A stretch of DNA of 64,000 nucleotides from Eledone cirrhosa (GCA_964016885.1 CAXHJY010000489.1:62001-126000); one strand, 5' to 3'; shown: positions 34,410 to 48,699, numbered from the stretch's first letter. Program-made: numbers and translations. Notes: generated from the letters alone by a model not told the origin.

Positions 34410-37400
34410 TATAACTTTGATAACTTTGATAGGTTTCAGTCAGTATTGGCCCAGGCCATGTCTAACTTAATATCACCACCTGGCAAAGTCTTTCAAATCA
34501 GGATTTAGACACCATGGCCCACTCAAGTAGGGAGTTATTGTCTGCAGAGATATATCTGGGTGTAGGAGGTTTATCTGGGATTTCTTGAAGGAATTTGTTG
34601 AAAGATTTCTTGAACTTTATAGGGTCTGTTTCTGTTTTAATGTGTTTTGGTGTAATGTTAAAGAGAGCAAGGCCAATTGAGGTGAAGTAATTGTGCCGTA
34701 TTGTTGTTATTTGATGCAAGTTTGAGTTTTGTTGTGGGCGGATAGCACAGGGCCCAAACCTTGGGTATAGTTTAATGGTGATGCCAACATCATTCGGGTA
34801 ATTCTGATGGAATATTTTCCACATCATGCAGACAATGTAGCACTCATGGCGGCGTTGGAGAGAATAAAGGTTGAGCTTTTCTAATCGATTCCAATAGTCA
34901 AGGCCTGTCATGCCATCTATCTTTTTTGTAATTGATCTTTGGGGTGCTTCAACTTTCATGATACTTTGTTTTGTATGGAGAGACCACAGTGGACAACAAT
35001 ATTCAAGGTGGGGTCGGGCAAAAGTGGAGAAGTGAAGGATAACAGTGTGGATATCTCTCGACTGGAAGGTTCTGAGAATCCAGGAACACATTCTGCGGGC
35101 CATGTCAACTTCGCTGTTTATATGAGTGGCCCTGCTTATGTTGTTGTCCACAATTACTCCCAAGTTTCTGATGTTGTTGGATGTCATGAGAGTTTCACCT
35201 GAAAGAAGAGAGTGTGGGAGTTTCAGGGCATCCTCTTTTCCTAACTGGATTAACTTGAATTTATCCTCATTCAGCAGCATATTGTTATATTCCACCCATT
35301 GGATAACAGCCATTAGATCTGATTGGTGGCTTGTCTGGTCACCCACTCCATTGATGACCTGGAGCTTGAAATCATCTGCAAAGATTCTTATACTGCTGTG
35401 CTTGATGATGTCAGCAATATCATTAATATAATGAAAAGAAGTGGGCCCAACACAGTGCCTTGTGGGACACCACTACTGACTTTGGCTGGGCTGCATTTTA
35501 CTCCTTCGATTACATTTTGGGCTCTGTTTGACAGGAAACACTTGATCCACTGCAGCAACTTTCCAGCAACACCAATGTTGGATAGTTTTCTCAGTAGAAT
35601 GTTGTGTTCAACCCTGTCAAAAACGTTGCTGAAATCAAGGTAGATGACATCAGTGTTGGAGCCCTTTCCCAAGGCTCTCAAAATGTCATCAAAGTGATGC
35701 AGTAGCTGCGTTAGGCAATCCCTTCCATTATGGAACCCATGTTGGTTGGAGTTCAGCAGATTGTTGCTTTCAAGAAAGTGAGTTATTCATGATCTCACCA
35801 CACCCTCAAATACCTTAATGATATGAAAAGTGAATGAGATCGGACGGTAGTTCACTGCAAGGGATTTGTTTCCCTTTTTGAAAACTGAGACAACAGACTG
35901 GGACAGAAAGTTTTCAGGAATATAGCCAGCATCCAGTGAGTTCCTCCATAGGTTAGCAAGAGGAGATGTAAGTTGGTGTTGACACACCTTCAGGACACAA
36001 GCAAATCAAGACCTACTGCTGAATTGTGTTTAGTTTCTTTTATTGCCACTAAGACATCAGGAGCGCCAAACGTTATGTCCAATATAGTGTGTTGGGGATT
36101 AACATGACTGATACAGCCCATATCAGCCATACAGGATTGCTGAAAACAGCAGTATTGTTTTTGCAGTACCTCCCCCATGGTTTTCTTGGAGAGTGCCATT
36201 TTCATCAATTAGAGGGCCTACAGTGGAGCCAGTAAAGTTGTGTTTTTTCATAAATGAAAAGAACACTTTGGGATTAAGTTTGATTTTCTCAATGGCCCAG
36301 GAGTCTTCACCTGTTCTTTGATTGTTGATAATGGTGTTTTGGTGGTTGTGTTTTTTATACTCTAGTGATGTAATGGCAGTCAAATGGGTGTGTTGCTGCT
36401 GGCAGTATTTAAGTTTGTTGATTTTTTTGTTAATTCTTTTAATTTTTCTGGTAAGTGTTCTTCTATTTCTAGGGATTCTGTACTTAGATTTGTTCACAGA
36501 TCTTAATGGAGTTTGTTTTGCACATATAGTTGTTACAGTGTCTACAAATGTCTGCCAGGATATTTTGATGTTAGTGGGTGTGTGAGTGTGTGTGAAAGAC
36601 CAATCGACATATGCAAGATCATGATTGATCGTTTCCCAGTTTGCATTATGAAGATCCATAGTGTCAAATGGATGAACTGGAGAGATGTTATCGGGTTTAC
36701 TTTTTGGACAGTGGAATCACAGAGAACCATGTCATGGTCTGAGAGTAGAGTTTTTTCCATTGCTAACATTGTGGATAGTGCCAATGTGATTACTGAACAT
36801 TAGGCCCAAGATGTTTTTGTGGCACCTTGTTGGTTTGAGCACAAGTTGGGACAGAAAAAACTCATCCATAAAGTCAAGAAGTGATTCTACTGCCTCTTTG
36901 TCAGGGGTTGAGGTGGGAAAACCTGGTATCAAGCTGTTTGTGAACCAGTCAACACCAGGGAGGTTGAAGTCCCCCATCATTAAGATGTTGCCAGGGTGAC
37001 ACTTTTGGATGAAACATTTTATGCTGTTGAGGCATTCCTTGGAGCATGGTAGAGGCGTTTGGGGTGCCCTGTAGAGCCCAACTACTATTAAGTTGCTGGT
37101 TTTACTGAACACAGTGACTGCTTCACACTATCCATTGGAAAATATGTTCTTAACTTCTGTTGAAAAAGAATCATGTACAAAAATGGCAGTCCTGCCCTTT
37201 CTTCTGCCAGCACAATCTGCACAGATAGCTTTAAAATTCTTCACTCTCACCTCGGCTTACAAGTGGAGGTTATTGAGATGGGTCTCGGTGAGGACGAAGA
37301 AAGAGATGTAGTTAGGATGGTCATCAACCTAATTCTCAAGAAATTTGATCTTCCATTTTTGAGTATTGTTGGAAGGGCTGATGCCTTGAGTATTAAACAA

Positions 37401-37800
37401 AAATGTTGAGGCTAAAGTGGCAGCTGATTTTGATTGTTTTGGGGATTTGTTTGTTAATGGTAGCAATGAAAGTTTGCGCAGCAGGGTGGTAGTGGAAGGT
37501 GGTGTTGGGTGGTGGCTAAAATGCTTTTTGCAGTTTATTTGCTAGATTCATTATGGCTAAAAAAGCGTTTTCCTGTTTAGGGAACTGTAAGTGTCTATAG
37601 TTGTGGGTTTTATATTGGGTAGGAGTCCCATTTTTATTTTTATTTGTACAAGTCCCCGGAAGATGAGTAAAAGGACAATCACACTGCAGACATAATCTGT
37701 CTTGCTGGGAATAGCGGCAGATTTGGAAAAATTCAGAGTTAGCTGTGTGTGTATATTTATGTTTTTTTAACATTTGGTGAAGTTATTGGTGGTGGTGGTG
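34410..37800 (-). mobile_element. Near full-length decayed CR1-group LINE (ORF1 remnant, APE, RT, ATCAAAGTT-repeat tail)
   Basis: Cys/His motif ICRY..CLQCDCPFTH; VGLYRAP, MGDFNLP; NYRPISF, YLDFSNVFDRV, SGVPQGTVLGPLLF; RPHLEYCCPLWS. Confidence 0.92.
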
Positions 37801-38049
37801 GTGGTGGTGGTGATATTATTTTGGAATATGTGCTTTGGTGTCGGATGTTGTTGTTTGTAGAGATTGAATGTTTTCTCCCGGGTAAATGAGTGAATTTGCA
37901 GTCTCTTGCCATACATAATCTATTACATAAAGAATAGCGGCAAATGATAGCGCTGTGAGTGGGTGTGTGAGAGGTATAGATGATAATTTGTGTAGGTTTG
38001 GGTATCTGGTGTGAGCTGTGAGAGGTAAATTCCTATACATACATATATA

Positions 38050-41045
38050 TATAAATATATTGAAAGGAAGAGCAGGAGAAATCGTAGAGACGGTAGAGCG
38101 AAAGGAAATTGATGTATGATGTGTGCAAGAGTCTGTTAGAGTCCTTGTAGGCAAAAGTCAGTGCTACAAATTTTTCTGCGTGGGAAATGACAATGGGATG
38201 GGTGGTGTAGGTATACTATTAGCTGACAAATGGATAGATAAGGTAATCTCAGTGAACAGGGTGAACGCAAGAATCATTAAACTCAAACTAGTCCTGAATA
38301 AAACAATTGCCGCAATAATATCAGCTTACGCACCCCAATCGGGGTTGCCAGACGAACTTATGAATAGGTTTTACAAGTTCCTTATGCACACTACTGCCCT
38401 AACAAACGACAATGACTTGCTAATAATTGCAGGAAATTTTAACGGACACGTAGGTAAACACTGTGATGGCTTCTATAGAGTCCATGGAGGCCACGTGTTT
38501 GACGCAAGAAAGGAAGAAGGCTTCAGGCTTCTGGAATTCTGTGATGCCAATGACATGTCGATATGTAACACAAACTTCAAAAAACCCAACAACCATCTGA
38601 TCAGGGGTGCATTCTAGACAGATAGAGTTTATCCACATCAGAGGACATGATAAATGGACAGTCGTAAACACAAAAGGAATGTACCTCCCAACATAACTTA
38701 GTTGTCAGCGACCTCACTGTCAGAACTAGATGAGCTTGGAAACAGAAGGACACCTGGAGAAGAAATATCTGGAAGCTGAAAGACCCCTCAGCCAGTAACA
38801 GATTTAAAGATATTTTACTCGACGCCTATGACAGTAAAGAAGAACAGATAGAGATATTCAATGTAGAAGAGCACTCAGAGTTCCTAAAAAAAAAAATAAC
38901 CTACTAAAGGCGACAGACGAGATCTGTGGTTGGAGCAAGACCACAGGCAGGAGGAGAGTGATTTGGTGGTGGAACAATAAGGTAGATGAGGCAGTTAAGG
39001 CTAAGAGAGAGGCATGGAAAGAATGGAAGAATGGGGGAAGCAGGGTACATTACATAGAGACCAGGAGGGAAGCTAGGTGACAAGTATACTTAGCTAGAAG
39101 GGAAGCAGAGAATAGAAAATTCAAGCATGTTTTGCAACGTGAGGACCATAAACAGGAGGTGTTCAGGATTGCGAGGCAGTGTGCCAGAGAGAATTGTGAT
39201 GTCATTGGAGAGAAGTGTATCCGGAATGATAAAGGTGAGCATGCCCTCACAAGTGCTGAGAAGAAAGATGCGTGGAAGAGCCATTATGAAAGATTACTAA
39301 ATGAGGAGTATGCATGGGAAAAAGAGATCCTACCCCAAGTAGACCCTATAGAGGAGCCAGCAGTACAAGTCAGTAACAGTGTAGTAAGTAAGGCAAGCAA
39401 AAATATGAAGACATGGAAGGCAACCGGTCCATCGGGTATAGCTGCCGAGATGCTGAAGGCATCTGGGTCTGTAGCTCACACCATATCCACACGTATTGTT
39501 AACCAGGTAATACTAGAGGGTGTGATACAAAGGTTAGGAGCAGCAGCACCATTGTCAACTGCTACAAGGGTAAAGGTGATGCACTAGATAGAGGAAATTA
39601 TAGAGGTATAAAGATGATGGACCAGGTCATAAGTAACGGAAAGAGTTATAGCACAGTTGATTAGGGACCGGGTGAAACTAGATGAGATGCAATTTGGGTT
39701 TGTGCCAGGAAAAGGCACCACTGATGCCCTCTACCTTGTGAGGCAGTTACAGGAAAAATACCTAGTTAAAAGTAAGCCGCTCTCCCTGGCATTCGTCGAT
39801 CTGGAGAAAGCCTTTGACAGAGTCCTCCGTGCTATAATCCGGTGGGCTCTTAGAAAACTAGGAGCAGATGAATGGCTTGTGAAAGCTGTACAAGCCATGT
39901 ATAGAGGAGCCATCAGCGAAGTTAGAATTAGCAATGACTATAGCAAGGAATTTAGCATACAGGTCGGTGTCCACCAGGGCTCTGTTTTTAGCCCTCTCCT
40001 GTTCGTAATAGTTTTGCAGGCAATAACAGAGGAGTTTAAGACCATGGGAACTGCTGTATGCGGATGACCTCGCACTTATAGCTGAATCTATGGTAGAATT
40101 AGAGAAGAAATTCCAAACATGGAAGCAGGGATTAGAAAGAAAGGGTCTCAAAGTGAACCTGACAAAGAGTAAGATCCTTGTAAGTAGACGAGAAAACAGA
40201 ACCCAGATCCCCTCATGGAAATGGCTTTGCTCAGTATGTAGGAAAGGTGTAGGTAGGAACTCCATCTTCTGCACCAAATGGAAACAATGGGTACACAAGA
40301 GATGTAGTAGGATCTCAGGAAGCTTAACTAAGAATGTAGGTTTCACATGTAGCAGCTGCGCTGGGACAGCAAGCAGCAAACAGCCACAGGAAAAAAGCAC
40401 CACCAAACTCTGGGAAGACTCTGTATAAACAGTAGATAGCTTCTGCTACCTAGGTGACCGAATTAGCAGCGGAGGTGGGTGTTCAGAAAGTGCAATAACT
40501 AGGGTAAGAATGAGATGGAAGAAGTTCAGTGAGCTACTGCCACTGCTAGCTGCAAAAGGCTTTTCCCTCAAAATGAAAGGCAGACTGTATGATGCGTGTA
40601 TACGAACAGCAATGTTAGATGGTAGTGAGACCTGGGTGCAGTCTGTAGAAGACTTGCGTAGATTAGAAAGAAACGAAGGCTGCATGCTCCGATAGATGCG
40701 TAATAGTAATATACATGAACAGCAAAGCATAAACGAATTGAGAGAGAGACTGAGCATAAGAGGAATCAAATGCTGTGTGCAGGAGAGGAGGTTGTGTTGG
40801 TATGGATATGTGATGCGTATGAGGGATGACAGCTGCATAAAAAGGTGCAGAGCACTAGAAGTCGATGGAAGTCGCGGAGTGGCGAGACCCAAGAAGACCT
40901 GGGATGAGGTGCTAAAAGCCGATCTTACCCAATTACACCTCTCAAGGGCAATGACACACGACCGTGACCTCTGGCGTCACCAGTAATACAGAAGACCCAA
41001 CTCCCCACGGGTACAAGCCGAAGCTGAAGCATATAGACAATATAC
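38050..41045 (+). mobile_element. Near full-ORF RTE family A copy, defective, 3' UTR lost
   Basis: APE (ISAYAPQ, AGNFNGHVG), RT (FVDLEKAFDRV, YADD) and C-terminus; many stops and frameshifts. Confidence 0.94.
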
Positions 41046-41469
41046 CCTCAATTACATATTTATTTACATAAAATACAAAATCAACATCCCTCGTAACTCA
41101 TATTATAAACAACTAATAATTGTAAATTATCCTTTTAATAATAATAATAATAATAATAAAAATACATATGCTATTAAAATATATATAGATATATATATTA
41201 AAACCACTACAATATAATAAGATAAATACTTATAAAAATAATTCTCCATATAAATATATACATAGATAAATGTTCGAATATATTTCCCCAAAATTAACGT
41301 TATATGTGGTCTTCCTTTATCTTTCCTTTTCTTTTTTTCTTTTTTCCTTCTTCTTTCTCTCTTATTATTATATATCTAAACTTTTCATAGCGTTTAAAAT
41401 AACATTTTTTCAATTATTTACATATTCATTTGCATATTCATCCATAAGTTTGAACAATCCGTTCTATAT

Positions 41470-42812
41470 TTATAATAATAATGAAAATATTGTGTACAGT
41501 GCTCAGGTGCACTACAACTCATCAAAAGTGTATGTTTAGTACATAGGGTAATGTACAAACGTCAGGAAAATGAACAGTGCATGAGTCATGATATACACAT
41601 GTGTGCATGTGTATGGAAGGGGTACATCAGGTATAGTTTTGGTGACTTTCGGGAAGCATGAGGGTTTTAAAGGATGCAGTGTCTCGGCAGCTAACAACTG
41701 ATGCAGTTTGTTCCAATCTTCAGCAACTCTAAGCGTGAAAAAATGTTTCCGAAAGTCATGGGAGCTGTGCTGTTTTCTGATTTTGTAGGCATGTCCACGT
41801 GTGTTAGACACATGGAGATCAAAAAGGTACTCAGGGTTGTTGTTGGCGAGATGGTTAATAACTTTGTGGGTGTTTACCAAGTCCATTGCCAGATGTCAGA
41901 GCTTTAATGAATCCATGCCCAGGAAAGCAAGGCGTTCAGAGTATGGTAGGTGTCTGATGGACGGTATGCGCTTGGTTGCACGTCTCTGAACAGTTTCCAG
42001 GAGGTCAATGTTCTGAGCAAGACAGGGGTTCCAGACTGATGATGCGAATTCCAAGTGTGGTCGTACTATAGCTGTACATAGATGGCTGGAGAGCAGCTAA
42101 CAAAGGTCTTTCTGAGTGATGCCAAGACACCCTCGGCCTTCTTGACAATCTTAGAGACGTGCTTTATCCAAGGCAAATTGCTGCTGACAGTAATGCCCAC
42201 ATCACGTTCACAAGAGGACTTCTTGATATCAGTGTTGTGGAGGGAGTATGTGGATGCTGGATTTTTCCTCCCAAAATGCATGGTGGTACACTTGTCCACA
42301 GCCAGCTTCAGTTGCCAGTCTGTGATCCATTGCTGCATTGTGTCCAGGTTTGATTGTAGGAAAGAGTTGTAGATTTCAGGATCAGTCCTTTTGATTTCAA
42401 GGTACAGCTTGATGTCATCTGCATATTTCAGTACCGTGGCATTCTTTAAGTTGGCATCTATGTCATTAATATATGCCACAAACAAAAGGGGACCAAGAAC
42501 AGATCCCTGTGGTACACCAGATGACATCTCATATGGTGAAGAATGCTGTCCTAGAACCGTGACTACCTCTTTTTGGCTGAGAATGAAGGATTTCAACCAG
42601 TTAAAAAGATCATCCCTCACACCCATTGCAGAGAGTTTCGCCATAAGTGTTTTGTGTGGCACAGAATTAAAAGCCTTAGCGAAGTCAAGGTAAACAACAT
42701 CCACCCATGAGCCGCTGTCAGTGGTCCGGGTAATGTCTTCAAGGAACTCGATAAGCTGATCACAGCAGCTGGAGTTAGGGATAAATCCAAATTGCGAGGG
42801 AATATTCAACTG
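41470..42812 (-). mobile_element. CR1-clade LINE RT and 3' end (second family)
   Basis: VYLDFAKAFNSV, SGVPQGSVLGPLLF, KYADD, NTRGHAYKI, FFTLRV. Confidence 0.93.
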
Positions 42813-42861
42813 ATAAGGTATGATTTTCCTTGGCTATGTCAAAATTTAAAAACACACTTTG

Positions 42862-42924
42862 TATTTTATCTGATGAAAGCGTACCAAAGTGTTTTGGTAC
42901 CCTTGAAATGTATATAATAGAATA
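42862..42924 (+). ncRNA. Type I hammerhead ribozyme
   Basis: tattttat CTGATGA aagc-gtaccaaa-gtgt-tttggtac-cctt GAAA tgtata TA atagaata. Confidence 0.9.
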
Positions 42925-42981
42925 AATATGGTTTTATAAATATAATTTCCATTTATTTATCATTATATATATATATATGTA

Positions 42982-43328
42982 TCATTTCATTTTTCATTTC
43001 ATTTTACGTCCGCTTTTTCCCTGCTTGCAAGGGTGAGACGGGAACTGATTCTGGCTTGATTTCTACAGCTGGATGCCCTTCCTAACACCAACCTCATTTA
43101 CAGTGAGTGCTGGGTTCTTTTTTTGCCGTGGCACCTCCACGACCACTTTGCAGTGGAATGATATGGACCCCAGTCCCTATCATCTCATTTCTACAGCTGA
43201 GTAAACTGGAGCAATGTGAAATAAAGTGTCTTGCTCAAGGAAACAACACATCACCCGGTCTGAGAATTGAACTCACAACCTCTTGATTGCAAGGCCAATG
43301 CTCTAACCACTAAGCCATGTGCCTCCAT
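42982..43328 (-). mobile_element. Full-length SINE family 2
   Basis: Reverse complement of 32745-33070. Confidence 0.92.
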
Positions 43329-43455
43329 ATATATATATATGAGTATGCAGATTGGAGCACTCGACGAAGTGTGCATGTTGGTTTGGTTACTCCGGAGTAA
43401 TGTAAAGTAAAATAAAATAAATAAGTCAAATGTTTAAAATTTGGCTTCGTTTATT

Positions 43456-43510
43456 ACTGCTATATATATTTCGGTGACAGCCATCTTTGGCTGTGACCTC
43501 TTCAGGCAGT
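43456..43510 (-). ncRNA. Type I hammerhead ribozyme downstream of a Penelope GIY-YIG fragment
   Basis: Minus strand: actgc CTGAAGA ggtc-acagcca-aaga-tggctgt-cacc GAAA tatata TA gcagt. Confidence 0.9.
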
Positions 43511-44279
43511 CCGAATTAGTGTGGTAGAGACGGGTACACATCTTGTTGAGGTGTTTAACTTTGTCAATACTCTGATATGCCCAGTTCCTGGTTGGGTTGT
43601 TATTTCACTGAGGGACTGGAATCATATGAATTTAAACAAATGAATTTCAGCGTCAAAGGGCCTCTTCTCCTCTCATTGGTCAGTTGTTAGAACATTCCTC
43701 AGTCAAAAATCTAAAGAAATTTGTTCTGAGGCAAGCCAATCTGTAGTTGTTGTTCTTGTTATTGTTAGGTACATCTGACCTCCATTCTTATGTTGGTAGT
43801 GGTGTTGTTGTTGGAACAAGATGGTTCTGCCATGTATATGAAGAAATAGAAGGCAATAAAATGAAGAAAACAGAAAATAAATAATAAATAGAGAATAAAT
43901 GAAAAATTAATGAAAAAGTAATGAAAAAGTAATGAAAAATGAAAATGGAAAAAGAAAAATGAAAATGAAAAGTGAAAAATAAAAATGAAGATTCAAATAA
44001 AATAAGATAAAATGTGATGAAATATGTTGTATAAAGTGGTAGGAGGAACAAGATGGTAAAAGAATAAAACGAAATAGGATAATCAAATAAAATGTGTGTG
44101 TATTATAACCAATCTCAACTTAAATATAAATATAAGGTGATAAAGTGAAGAAAACAGAAAACAAATAACAAATGAATAATGAGAAATCAAAAATGAAAAA
44201 TCAAGTAAAGTAAAATGTGTGAGTGTTATAAAGATGTTGACCAAATTATAAAAGCTGTGTCAGAATCAATCTCTAGGCT

Positions 44280-45560
44280 ATCATGGTGTCTGCTCAGCTT
44301 GGCTTGGTCCCTATGGCTTGAGGGGAGTTCCCAACCTATGGTGTTGTTACTGCCCATATATCTTGAGGGAGGTCTGGCCGAGAGGTGTCTACATGTTCAG
44401 GAGAAGTCCTTATAGCTTGAGGAGAGTTCAATCTTATTGTGTTGCTACTGTCCATATATCTTGAGGAAGGTCCCGGCCCTGAGGTGTCTGCATGTCCCAA
44501 AGAAGTCGGTTCTGGGGTTTATCAGGCCGCTTCCACCTCTTAGTATCTCGAGGGTCTCGTTCAGACATAGTTTGCATATGCCAGATCCCCCTTTATCGGG
44601 TGGTACTTTCCTGATTATGGACCAGGCCAGAGAGTACGGGGTCCTGTCCAGCTTAAGCTTCCAGATCAGGTCGGAGAGAGCCGTACTTTTCCTTTTGGCC
44701 TCCTTATTGAAAGAATGGCGATGGTTATACCAGCGGTCTTTAAAGCTCGTTGATGTGGCTCCTATGTAGAGGTGTTCGGAGTTGGGGGTTTTTACCCCTA
44801 CAACCGTATACTAGGTTCTTCTTAAAGCATTCATTACCAAGGGGGCATGATTCGGGGTTTCTGCAGTTGCAGAGGGTGGTCGACCTCTGCGTGCCTAGAG
44901 TGGGGTTCCCGTTAAGTGTTACATGGTGGTCTCCCCGGGTACGGTGGGGGGTCCCCGGGTCTGTTTGGGTTTCTTGGGTGGGCACTGGGTCCCCCTTCTC
45001 TCCTTCCACATGGTTCTGCTGAGTGCTTGTATTGCCATCTCTGGTTGTGTGTGGTTTTTAAGCCTACTCCTGTTGATGCTAGCTATGTGTTGGGCCAGAT
45101 TTCTCGTGGTGGAATACGAGAGCTTCACAGTGTGTCTGTTGAAGATCTTGTGGTATCTATGGTCCCTCGGGAAGCATTTATCAAGTGCTCCAAAGAATGA
45201 TCGGGCCAAGCTGTTCTTTAGGGCCGCTGAGTAGGGTGGGTTGTACCACGTGATTTTTCTGTGTCTCCTCCTATATGTGTGGGTTGGGGGCGTCGTGAGT
45301 TGTTGGAGATTTGTTGGGTTGCTGGTGGTTCCCGCATTGTTGCTTCCCCTTTGGGCACTATGCGTTTTGCTATCTTCACGGCCCGAATCTGTGAGGTGGT
45401 CATTGCCCGTGCTGAGAGATCCACCATGGGGTGGTCACCCGTTGCCCCCCACGTGTTCTGCGGTTGGGGTCGTTGGGCCCGGGGTGGTTAGCAACACCCC
45501 TGAGACTGCTACTCATATTGGGTTTCATCTCATGGTTAAGCGTACTCGTCACCAACGCCC
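44280..45560 (-). mobile_element. Penelope-like element 3' coding part (linker and GIY-YIG), frameshifted
   Basis: HRYHKIFNRHTVKLSYS, CNCRNPESCPLGNEC..LVY, YIGAT..FKDRWYNH, CKLCLNE. Confidence 0.88.
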
Positions 45561-45607
<47 letters not shown>

Positions 45608-45610
<3 letters not shown>

Positions 45611-45988
45611 AGGTACATGGTTAGAGCATTAGCCTTGCAATCGAAAGGTTGTGAGTTCAATTCTCAGACTGAGTGATGTGTTGTTTCCTTGAGCAAGACA
45701 CTTTATTTCACATTGCTCCAGTTTACTCAGCAGTAGAAATGAGATTTTAGGGACTGGGGTCCCTATCATTCCACTCTAAAGTGGTCATGGAGGTGCCACG
45801 GCAAAAAAGCACCCAGCCCACACTGTAAAGTGGAATGAAGGCGCCACGGAAAAAAGCACCCAGCACTCACTGTAAATGAGGTTGGTGTTAAGAAGGGCAT
45901 CCAGCTGTAGAAATCAAGCCAGAATCAGTTCCCGTCCCACCCTTGCAAGCAGGGCAAAGCGGACGTAAAATTATGATGATGATGATGA
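45608..45988 (+). mobile_element. SINE family 2 with two internal 48-bp units
   Basis: Homologous to 32745; A-box partly deleted. Confidence 0.9.
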
Positions 45989-46011
45989 TATAGATATATA
46001 TACATATACAG

Positions 46012-46056
<45 letters not shown>

Positions 46057-46137
46057 GGTTTGTTGGTTCACTACTGGATAGAACTGGTCATTCCGTATGG
46101 TCAATCTCGATGTAATATATATATATATATATATATA

Positions 46138-47103
46138 TCATCATCATCATCTTCGTTTAACGTCCACTTTCCACGCTAGCATGGGTTAGACAGGAGTTGT
46201 CCCACTTGAGGCAAGGTTGTCGGGTGACCATGTCTCACTCAAGTAGGACTATCTGGCAGGTTTTCTACGGCTGGATGCCCTTCCTAACACCAACCACATT
46301 TACAGTGTGGAACTGGGAACTTTTTACCATGTTACCTACATGGCCACATTACAGCGTGGACTGTGTGGTTTTTTTTTTGTTGTGACACCTACACGATCTC
46401 AATCTCGATCTCATTTATCTCGTTTATTTGGACTGGATGTTGTGGTACGAACTTTACAGAGAGGGTGGTGTTGTTGGGAGTGGGAGGATAGGGTAGAGGG
46501 TAGTGGATTGGGGTGTATATTTGGTTAAGAGGTGCCTACTGACTGTAGGTTTCGCTTTGTACATAGGCAAGTCGGGTCTTCTGTATTACTGCGTAACACC
46601 AAAGATCTCGGTCCAGTGACATTGTCTTAGAGAGGTGTAACTGTGTAAGGTCGGAATTTATCAAATCGTCCCAGGTTTTTCTGGGTCTACTTACTCCGTA
46701 ACTACCATCAATTTTGATCGCCCTGCACCTTTTTATACAGCTGTCATCTTTCATGCGCATCACGTGACCATGCCAACGTAGTCTTCTCTCGAGTAAACAG
46801 CATCTGATCCCTCTTATTCCTAATTTCTCACTTAGTTCATTTATGCTTTGCCGTTCACGTATAGTACTATTACACATCCAACGGAGCATGCATGCTTCGT
46901 TCCTTTCCAGTCTACGCAGGTCCTCTGCACGTAATGCCCATGTCTCATTGCCATGTAGCATTGCTGTTCGTATACAGGCATCATACAATCTGCCTTTCAT
47001 TTTTAGAGAGAAATCTTTTGTGGCCAACAGCGGTATAAGCTCTCTGAACTTTTTCCATCTGGTTCTGACTCTGGCTACTGTACTTTCAGAACTCCCTCCA
47101 CCA
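46138..47103 (-). mobile_element. RTE 3' fragment
   Basis: ORF 46536-47027 plus 3' UTR. Confidence 0.93.
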
Positions 47104-47396
47104 TAAAATTATATATATATAACTATATATATATGCATGTGTCTGTTTTTGTACATAGAGCAATAAAAAAGCAGAAGTTAGGTATAGATAGTTAGTTCAT
47201 TGTTTTATGATCGTTTCAGAAGGCCCATTGATTGATGGAGATTGATGTATCGACTAGCATGGTAGTGGTTAAGTTATTACCTATATCTAGTCTCAAAATT
47301 CCTGTTCAATCGGCCGTCTTACTCAGAAGACGGCTGATTGAACAAATTATATATATGTTGGGTTGTAAAATTATAAGTATAAAAATGGAGGGGGAA

Positions 47397-48530
47397 TATC
47401 AGGTGTAATATTGGCAAATTTCAGGAAGCATGGAAGCTTTGAAGGATGTAGTGTCCTGACAGCTAACAACTGATGCAGTTAGTTTGTTCCATGCTTCAAC
47501 AACTCTGAGTGTGAAAAAATGTTTCTGAAAGTCATGGGAGCTGTAATGTTTTCTGATTTTGTAAGCATGTCCACGGGTGTTAGACCCATGGAATTCAAAA
47601 AGGTACCCAGGGTTGTTGTTGGAAAGATGGTTAATAATTTTGTGGGTGTTTACCATGTCACTTGATAGATGTTGGAGCTTCAATGTATCCATGCCCAGGT
47701 AAGCAAGGCGCTCAGAGCATGGTTGATGCCTGATGGAAGTTATTCGCTTGGTCACACATTTCTGAACAGTTTCCAGATCAATATTCTGAGCAAGTTAGGA
47801 ATTCCAGACTAATGATGTAAATTCTAAGTGTGGACACGCCATAGCTATATACAGCTTTAAATATATAGTTGGAGAGCAGCTAACAAAGATCTTACTGAGC
47901 GATGCTAAAACACCTTCGGCCTTCTTGAGAATTTTAGAGATGTGCTTTGTCCAACACAAATCGCTACTGACAGTAATGCCCAGGTCACGTTCACAAGAAG
48001 ACTTCTTGAGATTAGTGTTGTAGAGGGAGTATGTGGACACTGGGTTTTTTTCCTCTCAAAATGCATGGTGGTACACTTGTCTACAGCCAGCTTGAGTTGC
48101 CAGTCCATAATCCTTTGCTGCATTGTGTCCAGGTCTGATTGCAGGAAAGATCTACAGCATACAGGATCTGACCTTTTATCTCAAGGTATAGCTTGATGTA
48201 ATTTACATATTTCAGCACTGTGAGATTCTTCAAGTTGGCATCTAAGTCATTAATATATGCAACAAACAAAAGGCACCAAGAACAGGTCCCTGTGGTACAC
48301 CAGATGTCATCTCATAGGGTGAAGAATGTTGTCCTAGAACCGTGACTTTTTTCGCTCGAGAATGAAGAATTTTAACCAGTTATAAAGATCATCTCTCACA
48401 TCCATTGCACAGAATTAAAAACTTTAGCAAAGTCAAGATAAATAACATCCACCCATGAGCCACCATCAGTGATTCAGGTAATGTCTTCGAGAAACTCGAT
48501 AAGTTGGCCACAGCAGCTGAAGTTAGGGAT
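47397..48530 (-). mobile_element. Decayed CR1 RT fragment, same family as 41470-42812
   Basis: Colinear similarity; WQLKLAVDKC, NTRGHAYKI. Confidence 0.9.
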
Positions 48531-48699
48531 TTACTGATGGGATGATGCCATACATGTATTACAATTGTCTGTATTACATGTATTTTGCTTGACTGATACT
48601 GGAGCTTGCTAAGGTCAATGATGCTGGCAACTAATTATCCAGTGAAGATTTTTATTTTATGCATAACAACACATATGCACACATGTCCCTCTGTAAGCT

